A stretch of DNA of 41,031 bases from IMG/VR virus record IMGVR_UViG_3300028534_000009, one strand, 5' to 3'. Positions 14,621-23,189 of the stretch are shown in pieces. The stretch's first letter is position 1; every line of letters begins with the position of its first letter. The stretch comes from a virus. The position numbers were made by a program, and so were the translations under genes. The notes under the pieces are model-generated. The model worked only from the letters and a program-made list of their open reading frames with translations, did no database searches and had not been told where the DNA came from.

Positions 14621-15667
14621 ATGCCGTTTTATAACATTAACGACTATCTTTTAGCAAATCAAAATTCTGCACCAGTTACTATTCTTGACGATAATTTTAC
14701 TTTTCTTAAAGATAGATTAATTGTTGGTTCTGGTGCACCGACGACTACTCCAGAGCAGGACATAGCGTTTTATCTTGACACGAGTACCAATCCGTGGACG
14801 CTGTATGTTTGGGACAAAGTTTCTGCAAGTTGGGAAAAAACTCAGGTTAATGATTTTACAATTCAGGGTACCGTCAATCTTGTTAGAAATGGAAATTTTT
14901 TCAGTTGGTCTAATGGTACATCTGCTGCTCCTGATGGATGGAGTTTTACGGCTACAGGTACGGCACCAAGTGTGAGCCAGGATTTAGATGGGAGCGTCAA
15001 GCTTGCTGCTGATGTTGATACTACTTCACTTGTTTTTAAACAGACTTTTGATACTGTTAATGTTTCTGATTTGATAGGAAAACAAGTTATAGCTAAAGTA
15101 ATTGCAAAGACAACTTCAACCACAGCCGTAGTTAAAATTAATGATGGAATAGGAGCTACGAGTGTTGCTATTCCTTCAACTGGTGTTAAAGAAGAAGTTG
15201 TAGTAAGGCATACTGTTAACGCTGGAGCTACGACGCTTGAGTTGTCAGTAGAAGACACAACTGCAAGTGTAATAATCAATGTTTATCAAGCAAGCTTAAA
15301 CTTAGGAAATTTAATTTTAACTTATCAAGAAAATCCACTCGATAGAGCTTTACAGGCTATACATTATCAAGATAGTGCTGGTACTAATCATGAATATAGA
15401 GGGTTGCGAACTGAAGCTGGTTACTATGTTTTTACTAACCCATTAGCAACTTATGTTAACACTACAATTACATTTCAAAAACCTTTTAGAAAAGTATTGG
15501 CAGTTATGGTTGCTTGTGATGGTGCTTTTCGAACAGCAAACATTACAGGAGCAGTTGGAGTTTCTAACAGTGCTTTTGGTTTGCAAATTATTTCAGTTGA
15601 TGGTAGTAATTTAAGTGCACAAACAGCTACGACTAATGCTTGGTGGATAGCGATAGGAGTTGATTAA
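14621..15667 (+). CDS. Putative tail fibre / receptor-binding protein
   Basis: 348 aa. The N-terminus FYLDTSTNPWTLYVWDKVSASW resembles the N-terminal motif of the 13308 protein. The body is Thr/Ser/Val-rich, and a chaperone-like gene follows. Confidence 0.5.
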   Translation: MPFYNINDYLLANQNSAPVTILDDNFTFLKDRLIVGSGAPTTTPEQDIAFYLDTSTNPWTLYVWDKVSASWEKTQVNDFTIQGTVNLVRNGNFFSWSNGTSAAPDGWSFTATGTAPSVSQDLDGSVKLAADVDTTSLVFKQTFDTVNVSDLIGKQVIAKVIAKTTSTTAVVKINDGIGATSVAIPSTGVKEEVVVRHTVNAGATTLELSVEDTTASVIINVYQASLNLGNLILTYQENPLDRALQAIHYQDSAGTNHEYRGLRTEAGYYVFTNPLATYVNTTITFQKPFRKVLAVMVACDGAFRTANITGAVGVSNSAFGLQIISVDGSNLSAQTATTNAWWIAIGVD

Positions 15668-15685
15668 ATATAATAAGGAGTTTTT

Positions 15686-16030
15686 ATGAAAATAAAAAAA
15701 ATTATCCAGCAACCTGTTAGTTTTCTTGAATTTAACGGACAAGTTAGTTACGATGCAACTACTGGTGAAATAATAATACACGCTAATAAGTTCAAAATAT
15801 TTGGACACGAAGTAGAATGGACTGAAGACGAAAAATTTGTGCCACAAGAGGACGATAGAGTTTACATTACAGACCAAGGTTTAATACTTGTTAGAGATGA
15901 AGTAGATGTTGATTTTTCTCAGTTCAAACGCTACGATTTATTCGGTTGGGTGGAGAAAGACTATCAGACAGGTGAACTTGTTTTCAAGTATATAGTACAT
16001 CCACCAGTTAGTAAGGAGGAAAACAAGTGA
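15686..16030 (+). CDS. Hypothetical protein
   Basis: 114-aa ORF with a TAAGGAG SD. Confidence 0.6.
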   Translation: MKIKKIIQQPVSFLEFNGQVSYDATTGEIIIHANKFKIFGHEVEWTEDEKFVPQEDDRVYITDQGLILVRDEVDVDFSQFKRYDLFGWVEKDYQTGELVFKYIVHPPVSKEENK

Positions 16031-16326
16031 TAGTGTTTGAAAAAAAAATAGAAGACATTAAGTTTGAAAAAATAAAGCAATTAAAAAAGATAGTTCATGA
16101 AGCGTTGCAAAAAACAGATTGGATTGTTATTAAGTGCAATGAACTTGGAATTGATCCAAAAGAAAAATATAGTGTAATAATGAAACAAAGAGAAAGTTTA
16201 AGGAATTGGTGCAATCAAAAAGAACAAGAAATTAAAAATGCAAAAACAAAAAAAGAATTGAAAAATATAGAGCTTAAAATACCAGATGAGTATTGCAAAC
16301 TGGTTGCTGAAATTATGGAACAGTAA
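16027..16326 (+). CDS. Possible tail-fibre assembly chaperone-like protein
   Basis: GTG start after AAGGAGGA. LQKTDWIVIKCNELGIDP...KQRESLRNW resembles the TDW...YRxxLR pattern of fibre assembly proteins. Confidence 0.4.
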   Translation: MIVFEKKIEDIKFEKIKQLKKIVHEALQKTDWIVIKCNELGIDPKEKYSVIMKQRESLRNWCNQKEQEIKNAKTKKELKNIELKIPDEYCKLVAEIMEQ

Positions 16327-16636
16327 GTTGAATCCATTAGGAAACTACGATGACCCGATTCCACCTGAATGGTGTTTTCAGAAACATGGAAAGCTTGCTT
16401 ATTTCTACTGGTATTTTATTCGCAACCCCTTGCACAACTTTACACATTACTGGATAGGAACGATGGGTAGTCTGTGCTGTTGGAATGTTTTTTGTCAACA
16501 TAAATCTTGGAATTTGATTTTGCCTTTTTTCTCTTATAAAAATCGTTTTTTTGAGTTTTACATCGGTTGGCGTCCTAAAGGTGAAGGTGATTATAGACAA
16601 GTTTTTGGAATTGCATTTAGGATAAGAAAAAAATGA
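16286..16636 (+). CDS. Hypothetical Trp-rich protein
   Basis: 116-aa ORF overlapping the upstream gene by 41 nt. The start is uncertain. Confidence 0.5.
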   Translation: MSIANWLLKLWNSKLNPLGNYDDPIPPEWCFQKHGKLAYFYWYFIRNPLHNFTHYWIGTMGSLCCWNVFCQHKSWNLILPFFSYKNRFFEFYIGWRPKGEGDYRQVFGIAFRIRKK

Positions 16637-16836
16637 AGTGGGAACTTTTGTTAGAAGTTTTGAACAAAATTCTTGACTTTTTGCGTTCTTTTATTAAAAC
16701 GCAAAAAATAAAGAACGAGGAAAAGAAGTATGAAAAGATCCACGAAAATCCTAATAGTGAGTTTGCTAAGCATTTTGGCAGTAAGTTGTATGATGACGCA
16801 AACAGTACCAACAGAGATGATACCAGCAAAACCTAA
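16633..16836 (+). CDS. Hypothetical protein overlapping the lipoprotein gene
   Basis: ATGA coupling to the upstream stop. 67 aa with no TM segment. Confidence 0.4.
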   Translation: MKWELLLEVLNKILDFLRSFIKTQKIKNEEKKYEKIHENPNSEFAKHFGSKLYDDANSTNRDDTSKT

Positions 16837-16951
16837 CTTGCATGTGTACAGGTGGAAAAATGGAGGAATTTGTTTAAATAGACAGGATACTGAAAATCTG
16901 TTAAAATACATAATAGAGCTTGAAAACTGTTGTAAAGCTTGTATACAATAA
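16730..16951 (+). CDS. Lipoprotein (possible o-spanin or surface-exclusion lipoprotein)
   Basis: MKRSTKILIVSLLSILAVSC is a signal peptide with an A-V-S-C lipobox. The gene lies just upstream of the holin and endolysin genes. Confidence 0.6.
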   Translation: MKRSTKILIVSLLSILAVSCMMTQTVPTEMIPAKPNLHVYRWKNGGICLNRQDTENLLKYIIELENCCKACIQ

Positions 16952-16969
16952 CTATAAGGAGGTTGAAAG

Positions 16970-17206
16970 ATGCCTGAGCAAACGCAACAGGAAGTTAAAA
17001 AGTGGTATCAGAGCAAAACTATTTGGGCTAGCTTGATTAGTATTATTGCTATTATTTATTCATTTATTACTGGGCATCACATTTCCAGTGAGACACAGCA
17101 GGCAGTTACTAATAATGTTTATCAGATTGTTTCTTACATTGTTGCTATTGCAGGTGCGATTGGTGCTATTATTGGTCGTTTAAAAGCAGACAAAATAATT
17201 AAGTAG
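16970..17206 (+). CDS. Putative holin (two TM segments, basic C-terminus)
   Basis: TM segments are TIWASLISIIAIIYSFITG and IVSYIVAIAGAIGAIIG, with a KADKIIK tail. TAAGGAGG SD. It is immediately upstream of the endolysin gene. Confidence 0.6.
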   Translation: MPEQTQQEVKKWYQSKTIWASLISIIAIIYSFITGHHISSETQQAVTNNVYQIVSYIVAIAGAIGAIIGRLKADKIIK

Positions 17207-17216
17207 GAGTCTGAAG

Positions 17217-17570
17217 ATGCCTTGGAAGTACTTTAAAAAAGACGAATTTAAGTGTCCTTGTTGTGGGCAAAACAAGATTAACGACTTTTTAGTGGAAAAA
17301 CTTGACATTGCTAGAGACATTGCTGGAGTACCTTTTATTATTAGTTCTGGTTATCGTTGTCCAAAACACAATGCAGAGGTTGGTGGCAAGAAAAATTCTG
17401 CACACTTAAAAGGGCTAGCAGCAGATATTTATGTAGAAGACGACGAAACTAGATGGAAAATACTTGACGCATTATTAAAGGTTGGGTTTAACAGAATAGG
17501 TATTGCTAAAGACTTTATACATTGTGATATAGACGAAACTAAGCCTAATCCAAGGATCTGGTTATACTGA
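17217..17570 (+). CDS. Endolysin, peptidase M15 (zinc D-Ala-D-Ala carboxypeptidase-like) family
   Basis: SGYRCPKHNAEVGGKKNSAHLKGLAADI matches the Peptidase_M15_3 core (SGYR..HN..VGG...S.H..G.A.D). Confidence 0.85.
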   Translation: MPWKYFKKDEFKCPCCGQNKINDFLVEKLDIARDIAGVPFIISSGYRCPKHNAEVGGKKNSAHLKGLAADIYVEDDETRWKILDALLKVGFNRIGIAKDFIHCDIDETKPNPRIWLY

Positions 17571-17641
17571 TGGCTACGAAATACTATCGTTACAAAACAG
17601 GAAAGTATGTTAGACAAGAGTTAGCAACGAGACGGGGTTGA
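17570..17641 (+). CDS. Micro-ORF MATKYYRYKTGKYVRQELATRRG (23 aa)
   Basis: TGATG overlap with the endolysin stop. It ends in TGA and is in frame with the next basic ORF. Confidence 0.3.
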   Translation: MATKYYRYKTGKYVRQELATRRG

Positions 17642-17665
17642 ACGAAGCAGTTTAGAGTAGTCCCG

Positions 17666-17833
17666 GTGCCAAAAAAGAAGGGACGAAAAGTTTTAGTTTG
17701 TATAACTAGAAAGAAAGGACCGAGAGGAGGAAGAACAAAAGCAGTAGCATTACTTAGAAGCTTAAGCACAGCTAAAGGCAAAAGGCTTGCTAAGAGGGCA
17801 AAGGTTAAAAGAGAGCGACGCAAAAGGAGGTGA
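17666..17833 (+). CDS. Highly basic small protein (55 aa, GTG start)
   Basis: VPKKKGRKVLVCITRKKGPRGGRTKAVALLRSLSTAKGKRLAKRAKVKRERRKRR. The SD is weak and the start is uncertain. Confidence 0.35.
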   Translation: MPKKKGRKVLVCITRKKGPRGGRTKAVALLRSLSTAKGKRLAKRAKVKRERRKRR

Positions 17834-17838
17834 TAACG

Positions 17839-18084
17839 ATGGCTAAAAGAGGTAGAAAGTCTAAAAGAAAAATTGCCCAGAAAATTAACAGGGCAATAGA
17901 AAGAAGAGGAACTAAAGGAACTTTCAGAAAGTGGTGTAGACAGCATGGGTTTAGTGGTGGAACTGCTGCTTGTGCAAGGTATGCTTTGAAACTTTACAGA
18001 CAAGGAAAAGTAAGTAGAAGTGTAATGAAAAAAGCAAGAACTGCCTTAGCTTTTGCTTCTATGAGAAAAGGTAGAAAAAAATAA
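17839..18084 (+). CDS. Highly basic small protein (81 aa)
   Basis: MAKRGRKSKRKIAQKINRAIERRGTKGTFRKW...MRKGRKK follows AAAGGAGGTGATAACG. Confidence 0.6.
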   Translation: MAKRGRKSKRKIAQKINRAIERRGTKGTFRKWCRQHGFSGGTAACARYALKLYRQGKVSRSVMKKARTALAFASMRKGRKK

Positions 18085-18091
18085 GAAAATT

Positions 18092-18766
18092 ATGAGTGGT
18101 TTAAAAGAAATAATTGAAAGAGCAACTAATTTGGCTGAAAAGATTTTTGATAAAGAAGGCAAAAATATTATAGAGGAAGGGTATGGTTTTAGAAGGTTAC
18201 AAGATAAAAATTTAGTTTTGGTTAGAATAATGAGAGCAGGTGAAAAAGAAGGACAAAGAAATGGAGTATGGTTTGAAGTAATAAAGTATCCCGAACAAAA
18301 ACCAAGTTACTTAATAGGACATGGTAGCTCAGGAATTGCAGGAGTTGGTGGAAGACAAGCGTGGAAAGGTGTAGCAGTTTTAGAAAATCCTTTGGTTATT
18401 GATGTTTATGATTTGCCAGAATGGGCTTATCCAATAAGAGCAGCTAAATATTTAGGCATTAAAATTCCTAAACAAATTAGAGGAGAAACAAGTTTTGCAA
18501 GGATAGAAAATCAAATAGTCAAAAAATTAAGTGAAAGAGGTTATGATGGTATAATTTTTGTTAATAAGCATGAAAATGGCATGGTAATTCCTAATCAAGT
18601 TTTTATTCCTAAGAATACAGAAGCTTATGAAAAAACGATTAGAACTGTGCATCCTTATAAGAAATGGTGGGTAGGAGCTTTAAAATTTTTAATACCTTTA
18701 GCTATACCTAATTTATTGTTGAGTAACATTGTATCGGATTTGTTAAACCCAGATGAAGCTTATTAA
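18092..18766 (+). CDS. Hypothetical protein with C-terminal TM anchor, in an AT-rich island
   Basis: 224 aa with the C-terminal WWVGALKFLIPLAIPNLLLSNIV. Family not recognised. Confidence 0.6.
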   Translation: MSGLKEIIERATNLAEKIFDKEGKNIIEEGYGFRRLQDKNLVLVRIMRAGEKEGQRNGVWFEVIKYPEQKPSYLIGHGSSGIAGVGGRQAWKGVAVLENPLVIDVYDLPEWAYPIRAAKYLGIKIPKQIRGETSFARIENQIVKKLSERGYDGIIFVNKHENGMVIPNQVFIPKNTEAYEKTIRTVHPYKKWWVGALKFLIPLAIPNLLLSNIVSDLLNPDEAY

Positions 18767-18772
18767 GCTAAC

Positions 18773-18800
18773 TTGACATTTTAAATTTTTATGCTATAAA
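18773..18800 (+). promoter_or_regulatory. Promoter P3 (TTGACA-16-TGcTATAAA)
   Basis: TTGACATTTTAAATTTTTATGCTATAAAACTTAAT is nearly identical to P2. It is followed by AAGGAGG and an ATG at 18836. Confidence 0.65.
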
Positions 18801-18835
18801 ACTTAATTAAGGACAAAACTTAAGGAGGTTTAGTG

Positions 18836-19012
18836 ATGGCAAGAAAGAAAGGTGTTGGGTTAAATTGGCAACAGGGAAGAACAGTAGAGAAGTTTGACTA
18901 TGAGGTGTCTACTGACAGGTGGGGAATTGACGCTAGGGCAAAGAAGAAGTTTGAGCAGAGCAAAAAAGCACCTAAGATACCTGTTATTAAAATTGAAGTA
19001 CCTACCAAGTAA
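18836..19012 (+). CDS. Small basic protein (58 aa)
   Basis: MARKKGVGLNWQQGRTVEKFDYEVSTDRWGIDARAKKKFEQSKKAPKIPVIKIEVPTK with a TAAGGAGG SD, directly after P3. It is not in the ORF track. Confidence 0.55.
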   Translation: MARKKGVGLNWQQGRTVEKFDYEVSTDRWGIDARAKKKFEQSKKAPKIPVIKIEVPTK

Positions 19013-19040
19013 AAAACTTGATTGAGGAGGGGAGGTAGTG

Positions 19041-19598
19041 ATGGAGGAGATTTTAGGAATGGAAGGACAGGAAGGAATGAGTGAGTTTCAGAAGTATAAA
19101 GAGGAGTACGAGAAGCTAAAAGCTGAGTACGACAAATTACAGCAGGACATAGCCCAGCTTTATCAGGACCCTGAGACGAGACCTCTTGTTAAGAAGTTGT
19201 ATCAGAAAATAGCAGGAGTTGAGCTTGAAGACCCTGCTTATGCAAAAGAGGTTGAGGCAAGATTGAAGCCTTTAAAAGAGGAGCTTAAGGAAGTCAAGCA
19301 GAAGTTGAAACAGAAAGAGGAGAATGAGAAAAAGGAACAGGTAGTTAAGTTGCTTGAGGCTAATGGACTTGATCCTGAGAAAGATGCAGAAAAATTGGCA
19401 GAGTTTATGGCTTCAAGGGGAATTACCAATCTTGAGTACGGAATTGCTGAGTACAAGAAGAACCTCGTGTTACAGAATCGGCTTTATGGGAAGCGTTTTA
19501 TTGACAAGTTTAACAACGAGGAGTTTTTAAAAGACCCTGAAGGTTACACTATGAAAACGGTTTCGCAAACCTTGAATAGATTTCTTGGAAGATTTTAA
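19041..19598 (+). CDS. Putative scaffolding protein
   Basis: Coiled-coil, E/K/Q-rich, 185 aa, immediately upstream of the major capsid gene. GAGGAGGGGAGG SD. Confidence 0.55.
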   Translation: MEEILGMEGQEGMSEFQKYKEEYEKLKAEYDKLQQDIAQLYQDPETRPLVKKLYQKIAGVELEDPAYAKEVEARLKPLKEELKEVKQKLKQKEENEKKEQVVKLLEANGLDPEKDAEKLAEFMASRGITNLEYGIAEYKKNLVLQNRLYGKRFIDKFNNEEFLKDPEGYTMKTVSQTLNRFLGRF

Positions 19599-19617
19599 AA
19601 AATAGGAGGTGTAAACG

Positions 19618-20709
19618 ATGGCTAACTTACCTACAATTGAAGTTGGACCAGTACCTAGTTCTTTTCCGATTGATGTAGCACAGCAGCAAACTCTGGTTGA
19701 AACCATAGCAAGGCAGACTAGCCCTGCTGTGGTTTATCATCAGTATCAGACATTTAGACCGTTTTTTAAGTTTTTGATGGCTAAGGCAAAGGTTAGAGAG
19801 TGGGCGGCAAACTTTCTTGAGATTCCAGTAACCGTGCCAAAGGACTACTCTGCTAGAGTGGGAACGCTTGACTTTGCTGGAAATGTGACCATACCTGCGG
19901 TTGATGTTGGCGAGTACCAGTGGGCAAGGTATCAGCCAGTAATCAAGGACATCGGAATTACTTTTAGTGAGCCTCAGATTAAGCTCTGGAAAGAGTCTCC
20001 TTACAGAATGATTGACGACATTAAGAAACAGCTTATGGATACTTACAAAGCTCTTTTTGACACCGTTTCAGAGAACCTTTACACTTCTGGTTACGATGCT
20101 ACATTGACTCCACCTGCTTGGAACAACACCAAGTTTCTTGGTTTGCAGGATGTAGTTGACGATGGAACTACTGCACCAGACTTTGGTGGTATTGATAGAA
20201 GCACTTATACTTGGTGGAGTGCGTTTGTAGTTGACGCTACTACTTTAGGAGTTGCTGCTGGGTCTGAGTATCTTATAGTGCGTTACGCAGCAGCAAAGTA
20301 CCAGAAGACTATTAAAGAGCCTCATCCTACTTTAGCATTCTGTAATTTTGGAACTTTTGAAAAGTTAGCTGCATCTATGCTTGCAACCTTGCCTACTGAG
20401 AGAGTTCAGTACACTACTTCTTACGACCAGATTGCTTCTAGAGAGGCAGAAACTACTGGAATCAAGATTGCAGATGTAGTGTTCTTGGTTGACCCAAATA
20501 TTGACGAGGGAACGATTTACATACTTGACCCAGAGGCAATTCAGTTTGACTTTATTGAGGGTTACGATGTTGAGATGAGACCTTTTGTAAGTCTTGAGCC
20601 AGTAGGAAAGTTTGCATTTGCAAGCTGGCTCTTGTTTGGTGGACAGCTTTATTCTCAGAGCCCATACAGACACATTAAGATAACCAATGTGCCTTATGTA
20701 ACCTTATAA
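19618..20709 (+). CDS. Putative major capsid protein
   Basis: 363 aa with a strong TAGGAGGTG SD. It follows the scaffold-like gene, and its size and composition fit an HK97-fold capsid protein. The assignment is by position. Confidence 0.65.
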   Translation: MANLPTIEVGPVPSSFPIDVAQQQTLVETIARQTSPAVVYHQYQTFRPFFKFLMAKAKVREWAANFLEIPVTVPKDYSARVGTLDFAGNVTIPAVDVGEYQWARYQPVIKDIGITFSEPQIKLWKESPYRMIDDIKKQLMDTYKALFDTVSENLYTSGYDATLTPPAWNNTKFLGLQDVVDDGTTAPDFGGIDRSTYTWWSAFVVDATTLGVAAGSEYLIVRYAAAKYQKTIKEPHPTLAFCNFGTFEKLAASMLATLPTERVQYTTSYDQIASREAETTGIKIADVVFLVDPNIDEGTIYILDPEAIQFDFIEGYDVEMRPFVSLEPVGKFAFASWLLFGGQLYSQSPYRHIKITNVPYVTL

Positions 20710-20730
20710 TTTTGATTGAGGGAGGGGAGG

Positions 20731-20988
20731 ATGCTTATTAGGAATGATTGTGATAAAGACTTGATTTTAGAGCTTGGAGAAAAGACTTGGACTATACCAG
20801 CAAAGGATGTGGCAGATGTGCCTGACATCGTGGCAAAGATGTACTTTGGCATAGGGAATGTGGATTTGTCCACGCCCTATGCCAAGTATGTTTTGCTTAT
20901 GAGAATAAAAGCAAGAAATCGTTGGTTTGACGAAAAAGACTTTGCTAAGATTAGTTTGGCAAGTCCTGAGGATGTGAAGAAGAAGTAG
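20731..20988 (+). CDS. Hypothetical protein
   Basis: The start is trimmed to the ATG after GAGGGAGGGGAGG. 85 aa. Confidence 0.55.
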   Translation: MLIRNDCDKDLILELGEKTWTIPAKDVADVPDIVAKMYFGIGNVDLSTPYAKYVLLMRIKARNRWFDEKDFAKISLASPEDVKKK

Positions 20989-20999
20989 GGGACATTAAT

Positions 21000-21578
21000 G
21001 TGGCTACAGGGCAGGAATATCTTACTCTTGCTAAAACATACTACTCTGTTGACCTGCCTGTTGGTGATTACACTTATCTTAATCTAAACGAAGCACGGCG
21101 TTATGTAAAAAAGCAGTTTCCTGACTTTGCTGAATACTCTTTTACCTATTCAGTAACTAGCGGGCAGAAGGTCGTTGAAGAGACCTTGCCTGCTAATCTT
21201 GGTGTTCTAAAGGTCTGGTTTGACGACGGCAATGGATTCTTTTACGAGCTTAAGCGTATTCCTAGGTTACCAGATAGTCTTGGCTTATATGCAGGTTTGC
21301 CTTACTGGTACTTTATAGACAGTGCCAGACAAAAAATCAAGGTTTATGTTTCTGCCAATGTTGACGGTTCTATTTATGTTCGTTATGTGCCTGACCTGCA
21401 ATTGATTTACGACAGCAGTAACCTTGACACGGAAGATACTGACATTCTTGACAAGTACAAAGAGGCTGTAGCAATTGAACTTGCTATTAAGATGGCATTG
21501 TTTGACCAGCAGTACGACTTGTCTGCTTTCCTTTACAAGCTGAGAAACCGAATCTTTTCTGAATTGGTTGAGCTTTAA
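21000..21578 (+). CDS. Putative tail tubular protein A / adaptor (by position)
   Basis: 192 aa with a GTG start. Its position after the capsid gene and its size parallel T7 gp11 (196 aa). Confidence 0.35.
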   Translation: MATGQEYLTLAKTYYSVDLPVGDYTYLNLNEARRYVKKQFPDFAEYSFTYSVTSGQKVVEETLPANLGVLKVWFDDGNGFFYELKRIPRLPDSLGLYAGLPYWYFIDSARQKIKVYVSANVDGSIYVRYVPDLQLIYDSSNLDTEDTDILDKYKEAVAIELAIKMALFDQQYDLSAFLYKLRNRIFSELVEL

Positions 21579-21580
21579 AA

Positions 21581-23188
21581 ATGGCTAGGAAGTCTAGCAA
21601 CTTTAATCTTTCTAAAGGAATAGTCAAGCACTTTGCTATCAAAGAGCCTCAAATTCTTGGAATGGTTACTGCTATTAATCCTATTACGCTTCCAGATGGC
21701 TATTGTCAGTTTTGTAACGGTTTTCCTTCTTTGACTGGTGCTTTGGAAGGATATTTAGAACCCAAGCTAGTTTACACACCAGACATTACTATAGAAAAAG
21801 CAGACGCATTTAACTTTGGTGACGATTTTTATGTACTTATTTGTAACTTTTCAAGTGTTGCTACTGTTAACACGGAAGTTATTAAAAACTTTTCTACGGT
21901 TGTTGGATCTTTTAATTTTCCCTTTAATGATTTTGACCTTTACTACGATTGGTTGCTTTTGGTTGGTGATTCTAATTTAGTTGCTCTTAACTTGACGAAC
22001 GGTACCGTTAGAGATTTGACTTCTGAAGGAATTTTTGGTGATACGATAACGGCTTGGAAAGGTAGAATTTTCGTTGGCAAAGACGATACCATAACATATT
22101 CTATTCCTAATCCTGACCTTAGCAACACGACTCAAACGGTATTTGACACTACGGCAGGTGCTGGGTGGATTCAGATTAATACCAAAGGTGCAAAGATTAA
22201 GAAACTTTTGCCTAAAGAGGACACGATTTACATTTTCTTATCTACTGGTATTCACGCTTTATTTGGCACTACTATTTCTAATGACCCTCAAACATGGTAC
22301 TTGACTGAGCTTAATTCTCAAATCGGTTTGCTTGACACGAGAGCTTATGCTATTAGCAAGAATGGAACTATTTACTTTTTAGACCAGGAAGGGCGTTTAA
22401 ACAAATTTGTTGCTACTACACCAGAAAGAATTGACGACCTCGTTTACAACATTGCTCCAAGCCACAACAAGGTCGTTTTGTTTATATACGGTCTGGAAGA
22501 ATACATAGGAAAGCCGTATTACAATAAGCGTTATGGTTTTTATTCAATAATCACTACGAAAGATAGGAAAAATTATTTTACTCAGCTTTTGTGGAGGAAA
22601 ATTGATGCTGATGTTATAGATTACTTTGTTGCTAAAGGGAAATTGTATTTTGCTCTTAGTAACGGTATTTACGAGTCTTTTGCTGGTACGCAATACTTCA
22701 TACCTTTTCTAGTTTCCAAACAGTACGACTTTGGAGATGTTTCTATTTACAAGAATGTTAGAAAAATCAAGGTTGACACTAATTATTGGGTTAGAACGAG
22801 CGACCCGAACTTTGAGGCTTACTTTCCTGCTTACATAACGAACAGTGATTCTACTCCTCAAAAGTTAAGTTCAATGATAGACCAGTTTACAGTATTGCAG
22901 ACGAGAAGTGTTTTTCTTTATTCACAGCCGTTACAGTACATAGAATTGTGCGTCGGGTTGCCTAAAGTGGGACAGTATGTTAATTTTTATACTTCTGTAG
23001 GTAGTGTTAACTGGACTACGAGTGATGGAGTTAATGCTGTTTTTACAAATACTATTTTTTATCTTGGAGAATCAAATGGTACTCCTATTTATTCAAATGA
23101 GCCTAAACTTGATACCCAAATAGAGATAAGAAGCTTTAGTGTGGAAGGAACTATAGGAGCAAGAAACAGAAACTTAAGAGGATTATAG
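21581..23188 (+). CDS. Putative tail tubular protein B / nozzle (by position)
   Basis: 535 aa, beta-rich (Y/F/T/N/G), following the adaptor-like gene. Confidence 0.35.
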   Translation: MARKSSNFNLSKGIVKHFAIKEPQILGMVTAINPITLPDGYCQFCNGFPSLTGALEGYLEPKLVYTPDITIEKADAFNFGDDFYVLICNFSSVATVNTEVIKNFSTVVGSFNFPFNDFDLYYDWLLLVGDSNLVALNLTNGTVRDLTSEGIFGDTITAWKGRIFVGKDDTITYSIPNPDLSNTTQTVFDTTAGAGWIQINTKGAKIKKLLPKEDTIYIFLSTGIHALFGTTISNDPQTWYLTELNSQIGLLDTRAYAISKNGTIYFLDQEGRLNKFVATTPERIDDLVYNIAPSHNKVVLFIYGLEEYIGKPYYNKRYGFYSIITTKDRKNYFTQLLWRKIDADVIDYFVAKGKLYFALSNGIYESFAGTQYFIPFLVSKQYDFGDVSIYKNVRKIKVDTNYWVRTSDPNFEAYFPAYITNSDSTPQKLSSMIDQFTVLQTRSVFLYSQPLQYIELCVGLPKVGQYVNFYTSVGSVNWTTSDGVNAVFTNTIFYLGESNGTPIYSNEPKLDTQIEIRSFSVEGTIGARNRNLRGL

Positions 23189-23189
23189 T

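Noticed and set aside
14181-15279. Antisense ORFs 14181..14531 (-) and 14863..15279 (-)
   Set aside because: They lie opposite well-supported plus-strand genes with strong SDs, and no signals of their own were seen. Long antisense frames are expected in these Ala/Thr/Ser-rich genes.
17590-18003. ORF 17590..18003 (-), a Ser/Leu/Phe-rich 137 aa
   Set aside because: It is the mirror image of the purine-rich sequence encoding the basic proteins on the plus strand, and it has no SD.
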